Notes under the pieces: model-generated
What the model saw: the letters and a program-made list of their open reading frames with translations, nothing else
What the model was told of the DNA's origin: nothing
Database searches by the model: none
Shown: piece by piece, positions 35,898-45,383 of the stretch
Layout: each line of letters starts with the position of its first letter
How positions within the stretch are numbered: position 1 is the first letter of the stretch
Program-made: the position numbers and the translations under genes
Assembly (NCBI GenBank): GCA_902494565.1
Contig: CABUTN010000001.1
Location: 75,637-139,636, forward strand
Direction: 5' to 3'
Origin: an uncultured Collinsella sp.
GTDB lineage: Bacteria; Actinomycetota; Coriobacteriia; Coriobacteriales; Coriobacteriaceae
Length of the DNA: 64,000 bases

Positions 35898-36632
35898 TTA
35901 CAGAGTATCTCGATAATGAGAAATCCTGTACTTAAACTTGTCCGCACGAGCCACCGAAAGCGTAAACTCGACAACATCATTTTGGGTGTTGTGAGTAGTT
36001 CGGACTATGTCCAGAACTGGCGCACCCTCACCAATACCTAGAAGCCGAGCGTCACATGGACGTGCTATACCCGCAGAGAACTCCTCATCCGCTACTCGAA
36101 TTTTCTGCTGATAATCCTGCTCAATGACATCGTAAAGGGGCTTCTGTTCGAGTAGAGGACGCTTGAGTGAAATAAAGAGCCTTGCTGGAAGATAGCTACG
36201 CTCAACCATCATAGGAATACCATCTGCCATTCGTAAACGTTTGAGCTTTAATACCTTTTCACCCAAATGAATCCCCATTTGCATCGAGAGCGTTTTATCT
36301 GCTTCCATTTCACAGAACTCTAAGATGGTTGTTTCTGGCAGCCGGCCCATCGCTTTCATCTGTTCAGTAAAACTGTACGATTGGGTAAGATTTGTTGCTT
36401 GAGCTAGTCGATCGGCAACAAACGTACCGCGACCTTGTTTTCGCACAATCCGACCAAGATACTCAAGTTCCTGAATTGCAAGCCGGACAGTCGACCGCGA
36501 AAGCCCGAAACGTTCGGCAAGCTCACGTTCGGACGGAATCAAATCACCTGGCTGATATTCATGATCAATTTTTTCGATCAGAATATCTACGAGCTGGTCA
36601 TATAGCGGTTGTCTGTGCCTTGTGCACGTCAT
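35898..36632 (-). CDS. GntR-family (HutC-type) regulator of the GalNAc-type cluster
   Basis: ..QPLYDQLVDILIEKI..IPSERELAERFGLSRSTVRLAIQELEYLG.. The ATG at 36632 is preceded by GGAG. Confidence 0.8.
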   Translation of the reverse strand: MTCTRHRQPLYDQLVDILIEKIDHEYQPGDLIPSERELAERFGLSRSTVRLAIQELEYLGRIVRKQGRGTFVADRLAQATNLTQSYSFTEQMKAMGRLPETTILEFCEMEADKTLSMQMGIHLGEKVLKLKRLRMADGIPMMVERSYLPARLFISLKRPLLEQKPLYDVIEQDYQQKIRVADEEFSAGIARPCDARLLGIGEGAPVLDIVRTTHNTQNDVVEFTLSVARADKFKYRISHYRDTL

Positions 36633-36719
36633 GATATTCTCCACGTAATGAGCAATTGACCAATACTTCAGCCTTCAGGTAACGCACCAACATGTCCAAT
36701 AAATGGGCTAATAGCGACA

Positions 36720-37148
36720 CTACATCTCATCGTCTTCATCAATGTCAGCACTCTCGAGTTTCTTGAGATCGACTCCCTCCCGACCAACGACCCGTGCGCG
36801 TTCGGCAAGTTCATCAAGCGTTGGGTCTCCAAACGCACGCGTCATAACGAGCTCCACCAACATAGGTAGATTTGTTCCGGTGACAACGGTCACGTTATCG
36901 AGCTCAGTCGTCATTGGGATAGCTTGATTGAACGGAGTACCGCCAAGCAAATCAACAAACACCAATACGCCATCACAAACTTGACGCATCTTGGCAATGC
37001 AGGTTCGCAAATCATCACCAAAAGTAACCGCCTCCGAGCCCGCAAAAGGAACTACCTCAAAATTAGGCTGTTCGCCGGCGACCATATCCACAGCGCTTTT
37101 CAAACCAGGTGCAAACTGACCGTGACCAGTTAGTACAAATCCAATCAT
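36720..37148 (-). CDS. PTS mannose-family EIIA
   Basis: MIGFVLTGHGQFAPGL.. matches the IIA-Man N-terminus including the active-site His context. Confidence 0.8.
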   Translation of the reverse strand: MIGFVLTGHGQFAPGLKSAVDMVAGEQPNFEVVPFAGSEAVTFGDDLRTCIAKMRQVCDGVLVFVDLLGGTPFNQAIPMTTELDNVTVVTGTNLPMLVELVMTRAFGDPTLDELAERARVVGREGVDLKKLESADIDEDDEM

Positions 37149-37229
37149 TCTATCTACCTTTCTACCGTTCGCTTTCTCTAGCCATAGAACCCCTCAAAAG
37201 GGCTCTTACGACCACTGCATCATTAAAGT

Positions 37230-37853
37230 TTAGTGAGTATTTTGTTTTATCGTGGGAGGTCTGTGAGCGTCTCTAAGCTGCTTTTCCAGGTTGCGATATC
37301 TACGTGCTTCGCCCTTGTTCCCGCTGCTCTCATATTGATATGAAAGCAGCAGATAGAGCTTTCCGCGTAACCCAAGGTCGTTCGTATCCAGCATAGCTTC
37401 CATCTCATCGATCTTATCATGCCGACGGCAAAAGACTATGTCGTAGGTTAATTGACTGTCCGCCAAAATGCCCTTCGACACGATGGGGCGCATCTCTTCC
37501 AACATGGACGCCGCCCGCTTGCGGTCACCCGTCTTGATATAGAAATTAAAGGCGCGAACCGCAAGCTGTCGACGTTGTTTGTCGCTGCACGGCATCTCCA
37601 GCAAGTGGTCAAGCATTCGATCTGCATATGCGTCCATATCAGCAGCTTCATAGATCGTGAAACGCAGGTAATACTGCTTATACGTAGACATTACTATGCG
37701 CGCAAGTTTGCGATCGAGCAGGTCTATGCAATCTTGGTATAAGCCCAAGTTAAACAATACCTGCAATTTCATATCGAAGTATTTTTTCGCTCCTTCGGTC
37801 ACAGCGAAATAAGCCACGACAACACAAATGAACAGGACGATCCAAAATGGCAT
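37230..37853 (-). CDS. Hypothetical membrane-anchored helical (TPR-like?) protein inside the PTS-Man operon
   Basis: 207-aa ORF with an N-terminal TM segment (MPFWIVLFICVVVAYFAV). AT-rich, with no recognisable family. Confidence 0.55.
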   Translation of the reverse strand: MPFWIVLFICVVVAYFAVTEGAKKYFDMKLQVLFNLGLYQDCIDLLDRKLARIVMSTYKQYYLRFTIYEAADMDAYADRMLDHLLEMPCSDKQRRQLAVRAFNFYIKTGDRKRAASMLEEMRPIVSKGILADSQLTYDIVFCRRHDKIDEMEAMLDTNDLGLRGKLYLLLSYQYESSGNKGEARRYRNLEKQLRDAHRPPTIKQNTH

Positions 37854-38041
37854 TGCACTATATTCCCTTCAAGGCAGCCTTAAGGAATTAATCGAATACG
37901 ATGACTGCATAACCGCCTATGAACAGCGGTGTCCGACAAAACAAAAGAGGCGCACACTCCAGGGGATATGGCGATAAAGTCGCCTTGGAGGTGTGCGCCA
38001 CGTCTCAATTGAGGCTCAAATGCCGTGACAATATGGGGTAT

Positions 38042-38881
38042 TTAGCCCTTGCAAATGATACCAAATGCACCCAAGGCAATGGACAGAACCAAGACGATAA
38101 AGATGGCCTTCGTCGAGGTCATGCCCTTCTTACCAAGGAGCCAGTATACGAAGCCGACGAGTGCGGCAGGAACCAGCTTGGGGCAAATCATATTGCAGAT
38201 GTTCTGCAAGTCAACGGTAACGCCGCCGATAACAGGCTTCGCTGCAATAACGATGCCGACGTTGGTTGCGACCAGGGCACCGACCATAAAGACACCCATT
38301 ACGGAGGCCGCGTCAGTCAGCGCGTTCAGGCGGTCGCTCATGGTGGTGACGAGCTTCATGCCCTGCTCGTAGGCCATGTGGGTCTGCTTGCAGCGGAACC
38401 AGTCAACAAGGATGTTGACGGCGACCCAGATGAAGATACCCAAGGGGTTGCCGTTCATGGCCATATTGGCAGCCAGGGCGCCGAAAATGGTCGGAAGCAG
38501 CGAACCGAAGATGGAATCGCCGATGGAAGCCAACGGTCCCATGAGACCAGTCTTGAGACCGGCAACAGCCTCGAGGCCCTCAATGCCCTCCTCTTCCTCG
38601 ATCGCCAAATCGATACCGGTGATGATCGTGTTGAGGAAGTTTGAGGTGTTGAAGAACGGTGCGCACTGGGCGCGGCAGGCTTCCTTTAGCTCCGGCGTGC
38701 CGTCACCGTACAGCTTGCGCAGCGTGGGCAGGATAATCCAGAGATAACCAGAGTGTTGCATGCGCTCGTAGTTCCAACCATCCTGGAAACCAAGCAGGTT
38801 ACGACGGTTGATCTGCGCAAGGTCGTCCTTGGTAATCTTGTAGCCAGTGGTGCCATTGGCGAGTTTCTCATTAGAGCTCAT
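38042..38881 (-). CDS. PTS mannose-family EIID
   Basis: ..INRRNLLGFQDGWNYERMQHSGYLW.. is the IID signature region. The ATG at 38881 overlaps the IIC stop; the ORF track N-terminus is an artefact. Confidence 0.85.
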   Translation of the reverse strand: MSSNEKLANGTTGYKITKDDLAQINRRNLLGFQDGWNYERMQHSGYLWIILPTLRKLYGDGTPELKEACRAQCAPFFNTSNFLNTIITGIDLAIEEEEGIEGLEAVAGLKTGLMGPLASIGDSIFGSLLPTIFGALAANMAMNGNPLGIFIWVAVNILVDWFRCKQTHMAYEQGMKLVTTMSDRLNALTDAASVMGVFMVGALVATNVGIVIAAKPVIGGVTVDLQNICNMICPKLVPAALVGFVYWLLGKKGMTSTKAIFIVLVLSIALGAFGIICKG

Positions 38882-39758
38882 CGTCGTCGTCTCCCTCCGC
38901 AGCGCCAGCAGCAGCGACGGGACGCTGGTTGTTCTTGTAGTACAGCAAAGACAGAGCAAAGCCAATAATAGCGATCGCCAGCATCGACATGTTATTGAAC
39001 ATACCGACCATATCAACGGCACCCTTACCAAGCGCGCCGTTCACAGCGACGATGTTGGTGTTGAGGTTCATGATGCTCGTGAAGGCCGTGCCAAACAGGG
39101 CGGCGACTACAAAGCCGAGCAGCAGGTAGGCGACGTGCTTTTTGACCGGCAGGTAACGGAGCAGGATGGCGAAGCCAACGGCGGGCAAGGCACCGCCGGC
39201 AACAGACAGACCGTCACCCAGCCACTTCCAGTCGCCGTTAAGGGCGGTGGTGATGCCCTCGACCAAGCCCTGGCCAAATGCGAGAGCCAGGAAGACCGGA
39301 ATCATGCGGGACAACATCCAGGAAACGGCACCGAGCAAGTAGTGCACGTTGTAGGCGCCCCAGTTCATCTTCTCGATATCGGCATCGCACGCATGACCGA
39401 AGAACGTGTTGGCGAAACGGCCGGCGATATCGGTGTAAACGAGAATGGCAGCGACAGGTACGCCGATGGCGGCAAGAGCCGTCTCGGGATTCATGCCCGC
39501 ACCCACCGCAAAGGCAGTGGCGACCAGAGTGCCGGAGTTGGCATCGATACGAGAGGCGCCGCCAAAGGTACCAACGCCCAGGACGGTGAGCTGCATGCTG
39601 CCGCCGATAAACAGGCCAGTCTGCAGGTCACCCATAATCAAACCGGTAATCATACCGGAGAAGACGGCTGAGCCGGCACAGGTGTACCAGTTCAGCTCAT
39701 CCAAAATCTGATAACCCGCATACAGGGTTAACAGAAGAATCTGCCACCAAGCAATCAT
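38871..39758 (-). CDS. PTS mannose-family EIIC
   Basis: 295-aa polytopic protein; N-terminus MIAWWQILLLTLYAGYQILDEL..; RBS AAGGAG. Confidence 0.85.
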   Translation of the reverse strand: MIAWWQILLLTLYAGYQILDELNWYTCAGSAVFSGMITGLIMGDLQTGLFIGGSMQLTVLGVGTFGGASRIDANSGTLVATAFAVGAGMNPETALAAIGVPVAAILVYTDIAGRFANTFFGHACDADIEKMNWGAYNVHYLLGAVSWMLSRMIPVFLALAFGQGLVEGITTALNGDWKWLGDGLSVAGGALPAVGFAILLRYLPVKKHVAYLLLGFVVAALFGTAFTSIMNLNTNIVAVNGALGKGAVDMVGMFNNMSMLAIAIIGFALSLLYYKNNQRPVAAAGAAEGDDDDEL

Positions 39759-39851
39759 GGTAAACTCCTTATTTAAGGTGTAACAGTTTCTACAATACCA
39801 ATACGCTTATATAAACCGTGCATCCCCCTTCACGGCCTAGCGTTAATTCGA

Positions 39852-40316
39852 CTAGAGCGTGAGAGCCTCTGGGTTATCCTGCGGCGTCAGCTGAATGACA
39901 ATAGGAAGATTATCGGCCTTGAGTTTGGCAAATGCGTCAAGGTCCCCCTGGTCGCAACTAATGTTGCGATTCAGCTTCTTGACCGGCTCCATTGTCGTCA
40001 TATTACCGACGATGAGCTGCTCAAGCTTAACACCTTGTTCCAAAAGTCGAACGTAGACCTCAGGCTTTTTCGCAACAATGAAGAGACGTTGCGCATCATA
40101 TTTGCCAGCAGTGATGTTGGCAGCGGCCTTGTCGACAGGAAGCACGGACAACTTCACAGTTGCCGGGCAAGCCATGCGAAGAACCTGCTTTTGGGTAGCA
40201 TCTTGCGATACCTCGTCGTCAACTACCATGAAGCGGCTTACCTGACGGGCGTTAGACCAGAGGTTTGCCACCTGTCCGTGAATCAAGCGAAAGTCGATTC
40301 GTGCGCCTACAATCAT
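39852..40316 (-). CDS. PTS mannose-family EIIB
   Basis: MIVGARIDFRLIHGQVANLW, with the canonical phospho-His present. Confidence 0.85.
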   Translation of the reverse strand: MIVGARIDFRLIHGQVANLWSNARQVSRFMVVDDEVSQDATQKQVLRMACPATVKLSVLPVDKAAANITAGKYDAQRLFIVAKKPEVYVRLLEQGVKLEQLIVGNMTTMEPVKKLNRNISCDQGDLDAFAKLKADNLPIVIQLTPQDNPEALTL

Positions 40317-40318
40317 TT

Positions 40319-42115
40319 CTACTCAACTCCTTCTTGTTCAAGTGTACGGATAACGGGCTCAGAGCGAAGGGAGATTTTCGCATCATACACGCCCTCTGTT
40401 TCGAACATAACGAGTTCATTGGTACCAGGGTGTAATAAACCGTGCGGAACATAGAGCGTCATGATGGGACCCTTATCCCAAAAACGTCCGACATTCGTTC
40501 CGTTTACGAATGCCACACCCTTTCCAAAACCCGTAGTGTCGATAAAGGTATCAGCCGGCTCAGATATATCAAACTTTGCGCGATAAAAGGAAGGTTGCCC
40601 CTCTACCCAGCCGGCGGAATAATCAAGATTATCGATGTTATCGAGTGGCAGACAACGCATCTCCCAACCGGTAACAAAGTGAAGATCAACGCAAACTCCT
40701 GTCCTAATGCCCTTATGCTGCGTATCAGCGAGCAATTTGTGACCATAATTGACGCGACCCATATCCTCGGTCAGAACATCCAGGCGGTTGTGTTCACAGG
40801 GAAGAACGCAGTGAATATCTTCCCCGATGTGCTCCTGATACTGCGTCGCCACCTTGTCACCGTTCACAAACACCTGAGCGCGGTCGCGGGCGTCAATAAC
40901 CCGAATACGCTCTTCATCTGCACGGTCACGCTCGACAGTCGTGGTATATAACGTATATCCATACGACTGACCCATCTCTTCCATGGGCATAGGATATTGG
41001 GCTTCAATCGGCTCCGAAAGAATATCGAGCACATTAAAGAGACTTACGCGCTCACTCACCGAAATATCGGGCATGGAAAACGCCTTTTTTGTTAACGGCT
41101 TGCTTTGCGCGATATCGGGATACAGCTCGTGAACTGTCCTTTGAATTGCGAAGTATTTCTCGGTCGGGTTGCCCTGTTCGTCCAATGGAGCATCGTAGTC
41201 ATATGATGTCACCTGGTGCAGGTCATGCGTATGGCGTGCAGAACATCCGTTCATAAATCCAAAGTTGGTGCCTCCATGAAACATGTAGAGGTTTAAAGAT
41301 CCTCCAAGCTCGAGCACCTCGCGAACGCAAGAGGCAAGATCTTCGGGATCGCGTCTGATGACGTTCTCCCCATAGCGATTGAACCAGCCGTCCCACAACT
41401 CCATGCACATAAGAGGCCATTGTTTTCCATGCTCCTTGTGAAAAGCAGAAAGAGCCTCAAAGTTCTCCTTTGCATGAGAACCAAAGTTGCCGGTGCACAA
41501 CACATCATCGTCAATGAGCGTACCGGCACGAAGGCACCCACGCCACGGGCCATCGGAAGTACAAAGGGGCACGGAAACCCCACGCTCGACCATAAGGCGA
41601 CGAATCGCGCGAAGATAGTCCTTATCCTCGCAATATGATCCATACTCGTTTTCAACCTGCATCATGATGATATTTCCGCCCTTGTCAATCTGACGCGAGA
41701 CGAGTATCGGCATGAGATGGTCGTAGTACTGCGCAACGTGAGCAAGAAATTTGGGGTCGCTGCTACGCGGCCTCATATCATGTTCGCGCAGCAGCCATGC
41801 TGGCATGCCGCCAAATTCCCATTCTGCACAAATAAACGGAGAGGGCCGAACAATTGCATACAGACCGAGCGATGCTGCCTCATCAAGAAATGCCGCCAAA
41901 TCGATTGAGCCAGAAAAATCGAAGACGCCAGGCTTTGGCTCATGAAGATTCCACGGTACATACGTTTCGACCGTATTAAACCCAAGAGCCTTAAGGTTAT
42001 AGAGCGAGTGGTGCCAGTCGCTCGGATGAACACGCATATAGTGAATCGCCCCCGACAAGATGGTGAACGGCTCATCATCAAGTAGGAATTGATTGGTGAT
42101 CTTAAACGAATGCAT
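40319..42115 (-). CDS. GH35 beta-galactosidase (BgaC-like)
   Basis: ..SGAIHYMRVHPSDWHHSLYNLKALGFNTVETYVPWNLHEP..QVENEYG.. are GH35 hallmarks; 598 aa. Confidence 0.85.
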   Translation of the reverse strand: MHSFKITNQFLLDDEPFTILSGAIHYMRVHPSDWHHSLYNLKALGFNTVETYVPWNLHEPKPGVFDFSGSIDLAAFLDEAASLGLYAIVRPSPFICAEWEFGGMPAWLLREHDMRPRSSDPKFLAHVAQYYDHLMPILVSRQIDKGGNIIMMQVENEYGSYCEDKDYLRAIRRLMVERGVSVPLCTSDGPWRGCLRAGTLIDDDVLCTGNFGSHAKENFEALSAFHKEHGKQWPLMCMELWDGWFNRYGENVIRRDPEDLASCVREVLELGGSLNLYMFHGGTNFGFMNGCSARHTHDLHQVTSYDYDAPLDEQGNPTEKYFAIQRTVHELYPDIAQSKPLTKKAFSMPDISVSERVSLFNVLDILSEPIEAQYPMPMEEMGQSYGYTLYTTTVERDRADEERIRVIDARDRAQVFVNGDKVATQYQEHIGEDIHCVLPCEHNRLDVLTEDMGRVNYGHKLLADTQHKGIRTGVCVDLHFVTGWEMRCLPLDNIDNLDYSAGWVEGQPSFYRAKFDISEPADTFIDTTGFGKGVAFVNGTNVGRFWDKGPIMTLYVPHGLLHPGTNELVMFETEGVYDAKISLRSEPVIRTLEQEGVE

Positions 42116-42335
42116 GCTACTCCCGATCTTCGTGCTCTACGACGCGGATGCCGGTTCCTCGGCCCTCGGCTAAACGCCTTGCCTATTATGGACGCATTAA
42201 CGCAATTATGTAGACAGAATCTGAAGTGGTCCGTAAACGGTAGCGAAATGGCGATGAACGGCTTTAATGAACAAAATATAAACCCGCTGGTAAATTACTT
42301 TTTAACTATAGATTTCTAACGATTCTATATTTGAA

Positions 42336-42353
42336 AGGTGGTATGTACCAGCT
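42336..42353. promoter_or_regulatory. dre-like (NagR/DasR-type GntR) operator candidate AGGTGGTATGTACCAGCT
   Basis: TGGT-N4-ACCA core, about 220 bp upstream of the GH35 gene. Confidence 0.5.
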
Positions 42354-42494
42354 ATCCACTATTTCATACTAGTTACATTATGTTTCAATCGCATTTCTTC
42401 AAATGCTTATCTACTTTGTTGTTGCCGATTTGAGTGCGCGTGCGCCAACCCACGCATCGTCACGGTTTCAGTTCCCCTATTCATAAACATAAAA

Positions 42495-42569
42495 CCCCGC
42501 CAAACGTGATTCCCCTAGGGGAAACACGCTTGGCGGGGTCGTAGCGTGATTTCCCTAGGGGAATCACGC
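42495..42569 (-). repeat. Dual palindromic hairpin module, copy B (also serves as the yhcH terminator region)
   Basis: Hairpins at 42495-42538 and 42544-42569. On the minus strand the distal hairpin is followed by TTTT. Confidence 0.75.
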
Positions 42570-42600
42570 CATCAGGCGAACAACTCAGCCGAGCAGTTCG

Positions 42601-43074
42601 CTACTCCTCCCAGTAAGCGTCTGCAAGCAGCTTAAAGCAGATCTTCTTGACCGGCTGCGCGCCATCGCCCGGGAACTCGAGCGTGGGCATGTGAGGCTCG
42701 CCGGCAACGAACAGCGCGAACTTATCGTCAGCAAGATCGCCGGCGATCGAGGCGTCGGAATCGACCAAATCGTAGTCGTCCTTCTCGTCAAACTCCTGGA
42801 CCAGCGTCAGGCTGCCCGTGGCGACCTTAAAGGCCTCGCGACCCTCGACGTCGATCTGCAGGTCGTGATAGCGCTGATGCGTCTCATAGTGAGCCTCGGC
42901 CTCGGGACGCGTCGTGGGAGCCATGACGTTCGCAAAGACCTTGTCGCCCAGAATCGGATGGCTGCCGACCTCGAGCTCCGCCGGGTCGTTCTCCTCGAGC
43001 CAGTCGATCAGCACGTCGAGGCCCTTGAGCATTCCGCGATATTCCTCGATATCGCCTAATGCACCGTAAATCAT
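42601..43074 (-). CDS. YhcH/YjgK/YiaL-family protein
   Basis: 157 aa; ..HPILGDKVFANVM..EAHYETHQRYHDLQIDVEG.. is the typical pattern. Confidence 0.75.
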   Translation of the reverse strand: MIYGALGDIEEYRGMLKGLDVLIDWLEENDPAELEVGSHPILGDKVFANVMAPTTRPEAEAHYETHQRYHDLQIDVEGREAFKVATGSLTLVQEFDEKDDYDLVDSDASIAGDLADDKFALFVAGEPHMPTLEFPGDGAQPVKKICFKLLADAYWEE

Positions 43075-43106
43075 CTAAATCCCCTTTCGGATCGCTTCTT
43101 TGGCGG

Positions 43107-44276
43107 CTACTCGGCAAACGCGTTGCCGACGCTGTTGCCACCCACATACGTCTCGACCAGGGTAAGGTCGGGATTGAACACGACAAAGTCGGCGTCGCGA
43201 CCGGGCATAATGCTGCCACATTTATCCTCGACGTGAGCAGAGCGCGCGGGCACCTCGGTCGCCATGCGAATTGCGATATCGGCGCTCGCAAGACCCCAGT
43301 CGACGATGTTCTTGACGCCCTGCGCGAGCGTGAGCACCGAGCCGGCGATAGCAGAGCCATCGGCGAGCCAGCAAAGGTTGTCCTTCATAATGACATCCAT
43401 GCCACCGCTGGTGTACTTGCCCTCGGGCATGCCGCCGCAACCCAGGCAGTCGGTGATCAGCACCGTGTGCTGCCAGCCCTTGGCCTGCAGCAGTGCCTTG
43501 ATAGCAGCAGGGTTCACGTGCTTACCGTCGCAAATGATCTCGGCATAGGTGTTGGGCGTGGTCATAGCAGCCCCGACAACACCGGGCTCACGGTGATGCA
43601 GACCGCGCTGGCCGTTGTAGGTATGCGTAAAGCAGCTGGCGCCAGCATTGATCGCTGCAGCACACTCATCATAGGTGGCATCAGAGTGGCCGATGCAGGT
43701 CACGACGCCCTTTGCGCTCAGAGCCGCGGCGTAGGCGGCGGCGCCGTCACGCTCGGCCGCCATAGCGCTCTTGACGATACGACCGCCGGCGGCCTCCTGC
43801 CACTCGTCAAAAACTTTCGCGGACGGGTCGATCAGATAAGCAGGGTTCTGGGCGCCCACATGCTTCATGGTAAAGAACGGACCCTCCAGGTAGATGCCCT
43901 GAATACGAGCACCGCAGAACTCAGGTCCACGCTCTTCGTCCGCCTGTGCAATGGCAGCGCAGGCGTCCCTGATCTGCTCCACACCGTCGGTAAAGGTCGT
44001 AGGCAGCCAGCTGGTGGTACCACGACGAGCGAGCTCGGTCGAGCTGATGTTGATGCCCTCGGCATCGTTATCGGTCGTGGCATGGTTATAGAAGCCATGA
44101 ATGTGGGTGTCCACCATGCCCGGCGCAATCCATGTACCCGAATAATCTTTGATCTCACAAGCGGGCTCATCGGCCTGCCAGGCGCCAAAGACGCCGTCTT
44201 CGACCATGAGGTAGCCGCCCAGCTGCGGCCCCGCCGGCAAAAAGAACTTGTCGGCCTTGATAGCATACGTGCTCAT
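43107..44276 (-). CDS. nagA: N-acetylglucosamine-6-phosphate deacetylase, copy 2
   Basis: 389 aa, collinear with and highly similar to the 33334-34503 product. Confidence 0.85.
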   Translation of the reverse strand: MSTYAIKADKFFLPAGPQLGGYLMVEDGVFGAWQADEPACEIKDYSGTWIAPGMVDTHIHGFYNHATTDNDAEGINISSTELARRGTTSWLPTTFTDGVEQIRDACAAIAQADEERGPEFCGARIQGIYLEGPFFTMKHVGAQNPAYLIDPSAKVFDEWQEAAGGRIVKSAMAAERDGAAAYAAALSAKGVVTCIGHSDATYDECAAAINAGASCFTHTYNGQRGLHHREPGVVGAAMTTPNTYAEIICDGKHVNPAAIKALLQAKGWQHTVLITDCLGCGGMPEGKYTSGGMDVIMKDNLCWLADGSAIAGSVLTLAQGVKNIVDWGLASADIAIRMATEVPARSAHVEDKCGSIMPGRDADFVVFNPDLTLVETYVGGNSVGNAFAE

Positions 44277-44419
44277 CTATGCTCCCGTACCCGCAGTGCG
44301 TTTTAGGGCGGATCAAAAACCACTGCATTGTTAATTCGAGCGATTGTTCGTTGCCTTCTTGCGCTTGGCACATTTTGCACCCGCCGCAAAACACGCCAAG
44401 CCGTTTATACCCAATAACT

Positions 44420-45151
44420 CTAGACTGCGCGGTTGTGGTAGACCTTGTATTTAAACTGGTCGGCGCGCGCAACCGAACGCGTATACTCGATAACCTCGTT
44501 GTTCATGTCATATGTGGTACGAATCAAATCCAGGACCGGTGCGCCTTCGGCAATCTCGAGCAAACGAGCGTCGGAATGGCGGGCAATACTCGCGTAGAAT
44601 TCCTCCTCTGCCACGCGAACTTTCTCGTGAAAGTCCTGCTCGATCATGTCGTATAGCGATTTGTTCTCGATCATGGGGCGCTTAAGCGCAAAGAACTTAC
44701 GACTCGGCAGATATGTACACTCAATCATCAGCGGCACACCATCGGCAATACGCAGGCGCTTGATCTTGTACAGACGCTCGCCAAGACGCGCGTTCATCTC
44801 TATGGCAATATTCTTGTCAGCCTCGACCTCGGTAAACTCAAGAATCGTCGTCTTGGGCACACGGCCGATCGCCTTCATCTGCTCAGTAAAGCTATAGATT
44901 TGCGAGAGGTTTGCCGTTTGCAGAGAGCGGTCGCACACCATGGTTCCACGGCCGCGCTGACGAACCACCAAGCCTAGGCGCTCAAGCTCCTGTAGGGCAA
45001 GGCGAACCGTCGTACGCGAGAGCCCGTAGCGCTCCGACAAGTCACGCTCAGACGGCAAATAGTCGCCGGGTCGAAGCTCGTGATCGATTTTATCGGTCAG
45101 CAAATCGACGAGCTGATCGTACAGAGGTTGTTTGCGCGCTCCCATTGCCAT
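44420..45151 (-). CDS. GntR-family (HutC-type, NagR/DasR-like) regulator
   Basis: ..[44 protein letters not shown].. The start is 45151 or 45145. Confidence 0.8.
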   Translation of the reverse strand: MAMGARKQPLYDQLVDLLTDKIDHELRPGDYLPSERDLSERYGLSRTTVRLALQELERLGLVVRQRGRGTMVCDRSLQTANLSQIYSFTEQMKAIGRVPKTTILEFTEVEADKNIAIEMNARLGERLYKIKRLRIADGVPLMIECTYLPSRKFFALKRPMIENKSLYDMIEQDFHEKVRVAEEEFYASIARHSDARLLEIAEGAPVLDLIRTTYDMNNEVIEYTRSVARADQFKYKVYHNRAV

Positions 45152-45180
45152 AATGATACCTGCCGGATATATGACTCGAA

Positions 45181-45198
45181 ATTGGTTGTAACCAGACA
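45181..45198. promoter_or_regulatory. dre-like operator candidate ATTGGTTGTAACCAGACA
   Basis: TGGT-N4-ACCA core about 30 bp upstream of the nagR-like start. Confidence 0.5.
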
Positions 45199-45322
45199 CC
45201 ACGTACTATAGCAGTTTTAATGGAATAACAGCAGGTCAACAAGCATATTTCAATAATGTTTGCCAGTTGATTGCCTGTGTACTGTAATACCAATTACATC
45301 GCTGCATCAAGTATTGAGGTAG

Positions 45323-45357
45323 CAAAAAGGGCCGCCCCCGCGGAGCGGGACGACCCT
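45323..45357 (-). terminator. Intrinsic terminator after the GlcNAc/glucose PTS gene
   Basis: GC-rich imperfect stem followed by TTTTT on the minus strand. Confidence 0.65.
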
Positions 45358-45383
45358 TTGCAAGACAGATACGTCTTTAAGGC

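Noticed and set aside
38882-39031. N-terminal 50 codons of the EIID ORF in the track.
   Set aside because: This stretch lies inside the IIC coding region in another frame. The IID homology begins at the ATG at 38881.
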